Assembly (NCBI GenBank): GCA_951406725.2
Contig: OX597827.1
Coordinates: 36,766,001-36,830,000, forward strand
Source of the DNA: Octopus vulgaris
Lineage: Eukaryota
Direction of reading: 5' to 3'
Length of the DNA stretch: 64,000 nt
The notes beneath the pieces were generated by a model. The model was not told the origin of the DNA and did no database searches. It was given only the letters and a program-made list of their open reading frames with translations. The translations under genes and the position numbers were made by a program. Shown here in pieces: positions 53,149 through 64,000 of the stretch (positions within the stretch are counted from its first letter, which is position 1; the number at the start of each line of letters is the position of its first letter).

Positions 53149-54976
53149 ACAATCCGAAGCAGTAACGGGACTTGTAGAATTTAGTTAAAACTCTTTATAT
53201 TCTAATTTCAAATCTTGCCAAGGTCAATTTTGGCTTTCATCCATCTGGAGTACGTAAAATAAAGTACCAGATAAGTACTGGGGTCAATTTAATTGACTAT
53301 CCTCTTTCTGAAATCTGTGGCCTTGATACCAATGCTAGAGATCTATATTACCAAAATGTGTCATGTGTTGTTGGACAGCAATAAATTCCCTTAGAGCCAA
53401 AGTTCCGTTTCAAATCTTACTTCACTGATAGTATTGAGATATTGTATCAAGGCAGTAAATCCATATTATCATACATTGAATCAGTGAGAAAATCAAATCA
53501 CTAAATATAACCAGGAGAACTGCTACATAAACTTATTTTTAGATATGTAAGGTACTGCTGTATAAGTCCATTTTTGAGAGATGTGAAATGCTAATACATA
53601 AGATAATTGGAGAACTGCTATTTAAGATGCAGAGTACTACTATATATATGTGGAGTACTGCTATATCGAGAGTATTGGCATAAGTATTAACACTATGTTG
53701 AACACTGCCACATAAAACTGTACCTTGTACATGAAATTGCAAGTTAACAAAAGACAAAAGTCCTGATCAATTATTTTAGGGCTATAAATTCTACAGAAAT
53801 CTTCCAGAGATGTTTTGAGATAAATCATAATATATATAGCAGTTTTCAAAAGATGAAGAAAGTTCCTTCGGTTTATATATATATAACAATGAAAGATAAA
53901 GAACTGTTGAGTTATAAAAAAACCTTTGTCACACAAATATTTCAGCTTGATACAGATTAGTAACTATGGCGACAGGTGAAGAGAAAAACAACAAAAAACA
54001 TAAAGCCAATATTATATCAAAACCAACATTTATAAATCGATCAACACCTACCTATTGAATGAGTTATAGTGTTAATGGCTGAATATTCCACAGACAATGT
54101 AATTATTAGGTAGAATCAGTATGAGCCAATGTATGACAAGGCTAACTGATTGAATTATAAGTACAATCTATTTGATGGACTTCCACTCTGATATTGAGTT
54201 GGTCAAGGCTATGAGGAAACACAGTTGCTCAACATACTGTTCACTAGTATTGAACCCACCTGTACCTGTTAGCTGAGTTATTAAGGGAATTTGTATATGA
54301 TTGCTTGATCTGCTAGATATAGCAACTAAATGTCTTGCACAGTCACACTCCACTATATTAGAAAAGGATGAGGTGGGGTGGAGGCATATTGGATAATATG
54401 ATCTTATATATACTGTCTGATTGAAATAGTTTGGGATGGTCATGGCTGGAATGTTTTTTTTATCACAGGTCACCTGGATTGGGGCTGGCATGGCACTTAA
54501 CAACAGCAATAATGTACAAATTCAGCCAGTGAGAGACCCTGTATTTCAGTAGCTCTCATTGTTCCTAACTTTGTGGCTCAATAGAGACTAAATATACAAT
54601 CACCTGTACTCTTTACATGGAAAGCTGTAAAACAACAGAAGTTTGCTTCCCAACCATGTGGTTTGGGGTTCAATCTCATTGTGTGGTATCTTGGGAAAAT
54701 GTCTTTTACTATCACTCTGGGTTGACCATAGCCTTGTGAGTGGGTGGATTCTGTGGGCACCCATGATACTCTTTACTCTACTCTTTTACTCTTTTACTTT
54801 TTTTAGACATTTGACTGTGGCCATGCTGGAGCATCGCTTTTGGTTGAGCAAATCAACCCCAGGACTTATTCTTTGTAAGCCTAGTACTTATTCTATCGGT
54901 TCTCTTTTTGCAGAACTGGGAGAGGGACAAAGACAGACACACAAACACATACACACACACACACACACACACATAC

Positions 54977-55049
<73 letters not shown>

Positions 55050-55154
55050 ATCCAAACAAGAAAGCACAAAAAAACACAACAACGAGAGGACGTGGAACAA
55101 ATATAGTATTATTGGATGCTCAGGAAAGAAGGAAAGAAGGAGGGTTTAATGTTT

Positions 55155-55984
55155 AAGTCATTAATTGAGAATAACTCACATTGCAGAACCCAAGAATTGG
55201 CAGAAAGCTTCAACCTATCAAAATCCATCGTTCATGGGCACCTGGTAAAGCTTGGGTGCACAAATTGTTACCATGTTTGGGTACCACATAAGTTGTGTGA
55301 GAAGAAGCTTTTGGATTGCATTTACATCTATCATTTGCCTTATAAACGGAATGAAAACGTGCCTTTTTTCAAGCAAATTGTGACAGGGGAGAAATGGATT
55401 ATCTACCGAAATGTTCAGAGAAAGCAATGAGCTACCCTTAGCCACCCCAAAAGTGGGTTTTCTTGCTTTGTGTCTGGTGGGATTAGAAAGGAATTCTGTA
55501 CTATGAACTTCTCCCAAGTAACCAGACAATTAATTTTGAGAAATACTGCACACAACTGAGCAAGTTAAAAGTAGCAATTCAAGAGAAACGTCCAGAATTG
55601 GCCAACAGAAAGGGTGTTGTTTTCCAACATGATAATGCAAGACCGCACGTTTCTTTGAGAACCAGACAAAAATTGCTGCAGCTCGGCTTGGATGTGTTAC
55701 CCCACCCTCCATATTCACCAGATATTGTTCCTTTGGATTTTCACTTATTCAGGTCTCTGCAGAATAGTCTTAATGGTCAAAATTTCAGTTCCTTGGATGA
55801 CGTAAAAAGATACCTTGATGAATTCTTTGCCATGAAACCACCTCAAAGAGGGTATTTTCAAATTAAAGGAAAGATGCACATTGTGCAACAAAATAGTTCA
55901 TATTTGGTTGATTAAAAATGTAATGGCATGTATTTATTGACCTTTTTCTTTCCTTTAAACATTAGCACAAACTTTCCAGACAAC

Positions 55985-55988
<4 letters not shown>
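55155..55988 (+). mobile_element. mariner, 5'-truncated (same family as 1251-1760)
   Basis: VWVPHKL, IVTGEKW, FQHDNARPH, HPPYSPDIVP; right TIR ..ttccagacaacccaa|TA. Confidence 0.92.
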
Positions 55989-56057
<69 letters not shown>

Positions 56058-57550
56058 TTTATTTAATAAGTCTGATTCATCTCAGTGCAACTCATCAAAT
56101 GAATCTATGGAAACCAGTTCCTGTGAACCTGCCTGACAAGATTTGTTTGAGGAACCTACAAAACTTTAAATCGCATAGAGCTGGGTCAGATTGTTATTAA
56201 ATAAATGATATATGTAACTCTTTCTGAATGTGTTGAGTGCCACTTTCTTTCATTTGACCACTCTTTCATATGCGTGCATGCTTGTGTGTGTGCATGTGTG
56301 TTGATCACAACTGTCTTTTCTTGCTGTATCCTTGTTGTAATTCATCTATCAATTCAGGGTTTGTGTTGAATTTATCGTTCCTTTCTCAAATTAATCTCTA
56401 GTAACTTTTCACTTATTCTGTTTATGGGATGTTTTTTGATGACACTGGGTTATTTTTGTTGAAGCAGTGATTGACTGATTTGGGATCTCTAGAAAACAGC
56501 ATGTATGTGTGTGGGTGGGCTGGCAGACAAGTAGTGAGGCAGTCAGGGTGGTTGATTGGTTGAAGCAACACCTAAAAATATAATAGAACTATCTGGAAAC
56601 CATAAACTATGGCAACAATCACTGTACCATGAAGAGTTCAAGCCTACCATTACCATTCTAACAAAGTAAAAGAACAAGCTTGGCAAACTTGAAAAGTTTG
56701 CTGGAATAAAAAATTGATGGAAACATTTAACATTGTTTCACCATTGATTTATGGTAGATGGAGAAATTTTATCAGAAAAGTTGTTGGGAAACTTACAGTA
56801 GAGACATCATGTAACCAGTGATCGATTTTGTAACTAATGACCACTTAACACAGCATTGTGTATGGGGCTCTTAATGGACATTGAGTATGCTATTGTGTTG
56901 TGTGTTTATATTGGGCAGCATTTATTATTGAACACTAATTTCAGAGTGACAGAGATTGATTGAAATAGATGAAAATACACACCAACTAGCAAAATGAATG
57001 ATCCTTCAACTACAAACAAGATTGACCAAGTATAGAGAAATAAATGGTGGATGAATGTGTTCACAGACATTAAGTGCTGAATCAATAATAGATTGTCAAA
57101 CCCAATAATGTCACTTATTTGGGAATGAACTCTTCATGGTTGCTCGATCTGTCAGAAATAACAATCAAATGCCCTTCGAAAAAACATTGACATTCTTAAT
57201 TAAAATGACCGAAAGAGTTGTCATGGTTATTCAGTCTGCTTAAAATAACAACCAAATTCTCTCAAGTCACAATTCTATTGCCTTAGATATATGATAAAAA
57301 AAAGCCCATTTTATTATTATGTATGGAAGCCTATTGTATATCATTGTCATTATCTTTGGCCTTGCATGCTGGCATGGATTGGATGAGTTAGCATGGTTCA
57401 AGTCAGTTCTTATTTGAAGTTTCTGCCCTACTCCTCATAGATGTGTGCATGTGCATGTGTGTGTGTGTGTGTGTGTCTGTGTGTGTGCATTTCTCTTCAT
57501 AACTTAGTGATGTAACAAATAGATATTATTAAATTAAGTACAAGATGTAA

Positions 57551-57770
57551 CCCTTTAGCATTTAAATTGACCATATCTGGTTTGAATGTTCAACTTGATC
57601 TATGTTCAAACTGGTCATATCTGACCTCTCATACCTATCCTATGATGTCATTTTAAAAGTAAACGACCACATCATTGAAATTTTGAAGCTAGAAGACAAT
57701 GCAAGATTAATTCAAAACAATGAGAATAGGTAAGCATTACATTTGACAGAATAATCTGAATGCTAAAGGG
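57551..57770. mobile_element. piggyBac-type MITE
   Basis: gtaa|ccctttagcatt ... aatgctaaaggg|ttaa. Confidence 0.75.
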
Positions 57771-57894
57771 TTAAGTAGCAATAAGTAGTGAGGTTGATAT
57801 ATAATTGACTAAAGTTTTCATTGTTCATATGCACACAGATGCACATATATATAATCACACACATTTATCCATACATATATATATATATATTGTG

Positions 57895-58192
57895 TAGGTA
57901 TCAGTTAGAGGTGTTCAATACCTCTAAGGGATAATTAAATCAAAAGATGCGCCTGGTTATTACCTGAGTAGGCAAAGACTTTTGTAAAGTTGTATGGTAG
58001 CAGGTAGTTCAGTAGGTAGACCGTAGTTTAGGTTATATACGAGAAGAAAGTGGATGTAAATAACAAGGAGAAAATCATCGGTTTCACTGGTATGTCTTTA
58101 ATTTAATTCTTTGTTAATTAATTAAATTAAAGACATACCAGCGAAAACGATGAGTTTCTCCTTGATATTTACATCCATTTTCTTCTCATATA
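57895..58192. repeat. fold-back element with tail, PLE-like architecture
   Basis: Arms about 58035-58107 / 58119-58190; tail 57895-58034 with hairpin ttagaggtg / tacctctaa; TA flanks. Confidence 0.75.
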
Positions 58193-58219
58193 TATATTGT
58201 TTATTGTTATTATTATTCA

Positions 58220-59775
58220 GTAGTCTTATTTTTATCATGTGCTTTCTCTGCACTACCGAGTGCAGCTCTGTGTGCCTTGGCTATGTACTGTGGTTTGTTG
58301 TGGTACTCTTAATACCAGTGTATTGAAAGTGTTTTACATGGGATGTATGTGGTGCCTAGTAGTGCTATTTTTTGTGTGTTGTATATACTTTTAAGTCCTG
58401 GTGTTCTTGTTATGTATTTGTCTGAATGTTTTTTTTATCATACCTAATGTGCCTACTATGATAGGAATTGTTTCTGCTTTTAGGCACCAGTTTCAAGTTA
58501 CTTCTATTTTCAGTTCTTTGTATTTTGAAAGTTTCTCTATTTCTTTTAGAGAAGCATTGATAGAGAAGCATTTTAGAGAAGTATTGATACATCGATTAGA
58601 AAGCATTATTTCTTGGTGATCTCTGATAACTATATCCGGCCTATTGACCTTAATTTCTCTATCTGTGTTTATTGGCATATCCCATAGTATGGTTGCTTTC
58701 TCATTTTCTGTGACATTTTCTGGCATGTACCTATACCATCTTTTTTCTTTTGTTATTCCATAGTGTTGGCATAGCTTCCAGTGTATATAGGTCCTAACTC
58801 TGGGCAGCTAGAGACCATATGATTTATTTGTTTATTCTCCATTTCCACATATTCTGCAGTTACTTGTATTTCTTTTCATTACATGTTTCTGGTGATCTCT
58901 TGTGCTGCAAGATCTTTCAGTCTCTGCTTTGAGTCCTGGGCTTCTCAGCCATTATTAAAATTTTCCTTTGTCTATTTTTCTGTTTTGCCATGAAGGGGCT
59001 TTTCTCGCCATTGTTTTATCATGTTCCGTTGCTGTTCTAGTTTTTGTTTGGATTACAGTTGTTTTACAGCTTTTGTTGTTTCTTCTTTTCCTTCATAGTT
59101 GTTAGGTACTATGACTTCTTTTTTGTATTTGTCAGCTTCCTTAAAGACTGAAAAGATTTTTGTTTTGTTTGTGTTTTGTTGCTATTTGTATTAGTTTTCC
59201 TTGCTTCTGAAGTAGGTATTTTTGTAGTCCTATGGTGGTTATTTTGTAATAGTTCTCTAGCTGTATAAGGCCTCTACCACCTTTGATATATTCTATGTAT
59301 AGCCTTTCTATATCAGATTTTGGGTAGTTCATCCTAAATCATCTCATTATTTTTCTTATTTTCCTGTCTATTTTGATTAGTTCATTTAGAGTTCAGTTAA
59401 GAATTGTAGGTGTAAATCATAACTGGGACAGCTAGAGTGTTGATTCCTATTATCTTGTTTTTTGCATTGAACTCTGTTTTCAGTATTAATCTGACTCATT
59501 TATAGTATTCCTTTTTTATCTTCTCTTCCATTTGTGTGTGTTGTATCATATCTAGTTCATTGATTTCTAAGTATTTGTATGTCTGGCTTTGGTCTAATTC
59601 TCTTATTTTATTTGTTTTATCCAATGTGACATTGTTTACTCTTAACTAGTTTTCCTCTTTTCATGGTTGCTTTGGAACATTTTTCTAAGCCAGATTTCAT
59701 GTCTATTTCTTTGGTAAATCCATGTATTGTCTGTAGTAATGCTTCCAGTTGTTTATCATTTGTAGCATACAGTTT
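58220..59775 (-). mobile_element. R4/Dong-like LINE (RT end to REL endonuclease)
   Basis: LYA..GLEKC, PKSDIERLY..GGRGL.QLE, ILWDMPINTDREIKVNRPDIVIRD; (AAT)n tail. Confidence 0.85.
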
Positions 59776-60012
59776 TATTATTATTATTATCATTATTATT
59801 ATTATTATCATTGAGTGAGAGAGCAGTTCATGCCATCAAAGTGACACCGGGGTAAAATATAAGAAGCCCAATATACCCATCATGACTACCCGTCTGATAA
59901 AGGTACACCAGGCACATGCATCACAACCATATGTGCGCGACATGGTGATCTCATATCAAGATAAACAGCACATGACCTTGCAGGTGGGGCCCAGTTAGAA
60001 TTTTTATTTTTA

Positions 60013-60057
<45 letters not shown>

Positions 60058-60239
60058 CAAAAAAACCCTTCTGGAAACAGCTACCCAGGGTTTTCTGAGG
60101 AGGCTGATCTCAAGAAGCTGAGCCTTGCGGAGGAGATGGCAAAGGATTAAGCTGATTGGCATTTTGCTGTGCTTGATAAGACCCACCAATTACAGCAAAA
60201 GTGCTATACTAAAACTACCTAGTTATGCTTATATGTGCA

Positions 60240-61450
60240 AAGCCCTGTCTCCACAACTCTCTCCCCATTCTCTGATATGTCAAGCATTCTTCCTTTCCAT
60301 TTTCACCTTACATAGCAAATACACCAGTTCTAGCATTCCTACCACTTTCGGAATTCAGCCTGGAAGTCGTTTTCCATAAGCGATTTGCTCTTAATCTCAA
60401 CAACACTGCTAAAACGGTGACCTTTGAGCTGCATTTTCATCTAGGGGAAGAGCTGGAAGTCTGGAGGTGCTAAATCTGGCAAATAGGGTGGGTGTGAAAG
60501 CAATACCATATTGTCTTTAGTGAGAAACTCACGAGTGAGGAGAGTTTGGTAATAAGGTGTATTGTTGTCATGATAAAATCAATTCTTCATATCCACAGAT
60601 CCAGTTGCTTTCACTGAATGTGCTCTCTCAAATTCTTCAAAATGTCACAGTAGAACTCTTGATTGATTTCTGGCCCTGGGGGACGAATTCTTGATACATA
60701 GTACTGCAGAAATTGAAAAAAATGATGAGTATGATTTTGATTGAGCTGCAGCTCTGTCGTGCCTTCTTTGGTCATGGGATGAAGGGCTCTTCTATTGTGA
60801 CAACTGCTGCTTCATCGCAGAAACATACCCATAGACCCAACTCATGTCACCAGTGATGGTCCTCGACAAGAAGGATGGGCCATCAGCAGCATACTGACAA
60901 AGATCTTGACAGATTTCAATCTGATGTTCTTTCTGCTCAATTGTCAACAGACGGGGAATAAACTTGGCAGAAATATGCTGCATGTTCAATTCAGACGTTA
61001 GGATTGCCTGCACAGACCCATACAACAGACCAACAACATCAGGAATGTCATTGATTGTCCTCTGACAATCCTCATGCACAAGCGTCTTCCAGGGATGTTC
61101 TTCTGCTTTTGAAGTGCCAGTGCCACTTGAAACATTGTGTGCGACCCATTGCCTCATTGCTGCAATCTTGCCAAAGCATGTTCAATGTCTCTGCAGTAGA
61201 CTTTCCAAGTTTTATGCAAAATTTCATGTTGGCTCTTTGTTTCAACTTCCTGTCCATGACAAAACTGCAGACTACAGCGTACATGTGATCACAAAATCCC
61301 AAATTTCACAACTTGTGAAGTAAACTCAGCAATGTCACTTGCAGACTTCCTCATGAAGGTCACTGTTAGCTTTTATTGCACATGTAACGATATGCTGTCA
61401 TCTGTTGGCATGCTACAGAACTAGTTTGGGAACTGTTTGATACCACGTCA
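60240..61450 (-). mobile_element. decayed mariner (irritans-like)
   Basis: QRANMKFCIKLGKSTAET, AKFIPRLLT, TITGDMSWVYGY, HPPYLPDLAPPDF. Confidence 0.88.
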
Positions 61451-61460
61451 TACATGCACA

Positions 61461-61496
<36 letters not shown>

Positions 61497-61584
61497 CACA
61501 GGTTGCTTAGCCACATACCGAAAAATTAGAAATAATTTTTCGGTATTTGGCTAAGCAACCTGTTGCCTGCCCCCTTTTTATTTA

Positions 61585-62480
61585 ATGAGTACTGGTGGAA
61601 TACCCCAGTAAAAACCTCAATAAAATGTAAGCACAACAGACCTGATATAATGATTTGAGATAGAGAAGAGAAACTGTGCACAGTTATGGAAATTAGCTGC
61701 CCAGTGGATGTTAACATAAAGCACAGGATCAGTGATAAAGGGAATATTTACGCTGAACTATTGAGAAATCTGCTGTTATTCTCTCCAGATTACAAGATCA
61801 GGTTTATACCTGTAATTATTGCAGCCCTAGGATAAACCCAAGGACAAAGAAATAAGAACCCACAGTTTGGTAGAAGCCATATAGCCACACATAATAAAAA
61901 AGAGTACTGGTGGAATGTCCCTGTGAAGACCTCAATAAAATGTAAGCACAACAGACCTGATTATAATGATTTGAGATAGAGAAGAGAAACTGTGCACAGT
62001 TATGGAAATTAGCAGCCCAGCGGATGTTAACATAAAGCTGAAGATCAGTGAAAAAGAGAACACCTATGCTGAACTATTGAGAAATCTGCTGTTATTCTGT
62101 TCAGATTACAAGTTTAGGTTTATACCTGTAATTATTGGGACCCTGGGATATAACACACTGCCTAAATACCAATCTTGGAAAATTAGGCTTCTCAAAACCA
62201 GAGAGGAGAAAGCTAACTCGAAGACTACAGATCCAATCCATCACTGGAACTGTAAAATTCTGTAAAACTTTCCAGAAGGTTATCATTTAAATTTATATGA
62301 GCATGTCTAGATATGCAACTATATGCATGAGAATATATACATAAAGCAAAACATACAAATTGGCACATATACATACATGCATACAAACAAGACTATCCTG
62401 TTGTTGATGTTGAAATTTCACTGAAAGAATCTAGGTTAGAAACCGGCTCTTTCTCTATTGGCAAGAAATCTTGAAATAAA
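61585..62480 (+). mobile_element. REL-type LINE 3' end with about 250-bp internal duplication
   Basis: EYWWN.PVKTSIKCKHNRPD..EISCP.DVN occurs at 61585 and at 61903. Confidence 0.8.
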
Positions 62481-63002
62481 ACTGAACAATACATAGATAC
62501 ACACATATGCATGCATGCATCATATGTACCTGCAAATACACACACACACATGCGTTAAATATTACTACTGATGCAGGCCATCCTTAACTTTCCTGAATCC
62601 TGCCTGTTTATCTCTTATGTACACACACATATACATATAAACACATACATACCCATAATTACGCATGCAAATACATAGATACATGCAGTCATGTTCTCTC
62701 ACATGATAATCCGATACCATTTGTATATGTAATATTATGGAATATTTGCAGACAGAGATTAACTTTAATCTATCTAGAATCTGACTTTGAACTTGTTATA
62801 TATGCACACATACTCACATACCCATGTGCAAATAGATATATTTTACACACTGTGGAGGCAGATTTTTCCAATCACTTAAGGGGAAAAGTCTTTTCAATAA
62901 TAGTGTAATCACCTGATTATATTATGCAGACAATAATTTTGATATCTGTGATTATGATAATTTATGGGTAGCTCTGTATATGCAAATTTTACAATATATA
63001 TC

Positions 63003-63086
<84 letters not shown>

Positions 63087-63514
63087 TAGTACATACATGG
63101 ATGTATGTACATGTGTCCCAATGGCAATTGTTGTTTTTATGTGATAGCTCTTCATTAAACAAGTGATGATATTCGCTACAAACATGCATCACCGATTCAA
63201 GTTTTATATGCCAAAAGACACATTGAACTTTTACTTTGCATTGTCCACATCTTGATTAATGCATTGGCTTGGCATTGTGTAATTTGTGTCACCCATACAT
63301 GATTTGCTGTGCTTGCATCCCATGTTTTTTTTTCATTCACCCAACTGGAGTATCAATTAAACGTGTGTAAGGCAACAAATGGAAGCCACCTCAGACTGTG
63401 CTAAACTGTATGCAAACCTTATTAGTTGGTCTCTTATTCAACATGTATATGAAATGTGTATGAAATAAAAGATGAAGACAGGTGAAGGAACAACAAGTAG
63501 GTGTATTAATTTAA

Positions 63515-63734
63515 GCCTTTCGTTACTAACGTGGCTGAAACCAGCTCTGGCTCTGAGTACAAATGTCTTGTTTTCATAAGTTTTGAATTAAAATCTTCCA
63601 CCAAACCTTAGTCACAATTTATGTTCCTAACATTAACTGAATGATAACAAAGTTATTTTATCAAATTCTTTGTTATATTTAAAGTAATTGAAAGAAACAC
63701 AGAGCATCCCAAAATAAATACAGTAATGAAAAGG
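63515..63734. mobile_element. piggyBac-type MITE inside a PLE-related repeat
   Basis: ttaa|gcctttcgttact ... agtaatgaaaagg|ttag; flanks match the 22800-22980 family. Confidence 0.65.
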
Positions 63735-64000
63735 TTAGTGCTTGGGAAGGATGGAAAAGTCTTTGATGTTTTGAGCCCATGGTTTTTGGCAGAAAGGATT
63801 GAGAGGGAAAAAAACGGAGAGAGAGAAAAAATGTGTTGGGATTATATGTATCATCATCATCATTTTAACATTCACTTCTCCTTGCTTGCATTGTTCAGAT
63901 AGATATTGTTGAGGCAGATTTTCTACAATTGAATTCCCTTCCTGTCACCCGTCACCAGTCCTCACTTGTTTCCAAGCATGGAAATGAAGGACACCACTTG

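Overview
AT-rich, microsatellite-dense animal genomic DNA, not prokaryotic. The repeat content suggests an octopod cephalopod, which is inference. Most ORFs in the supplied track are microsatellite or transposon artefacts. One host coding exon is recognisable: 32207-33265 (+), exon 1 of a VPS10-domain receptor (SorCS-like), followed by an apparently >30 kb intron. The rest is mostly decayed transposons: tRNA-derived SINEs, RTE/CR1/R4-like LINEs, mariner and maT elements, Helitrons and piggyBac-type MITEs. The main signal is a set of Penelope-like-element (PLE) related fold-back insertions, mostly in (TA)n tracts. They carry at least eight distinct minimal hammerhead ribozyme (HHR) motifs. These include two subfamilies with covarying stems, a G3-C8 swapped catalytic core, a tRNA-headed SINE-like element containing an HHR, and a young element with an intact GIY-YIG endonuclease between 0.56 kb inverted repeats. 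All calls were read by eye; no searches or folding were run.
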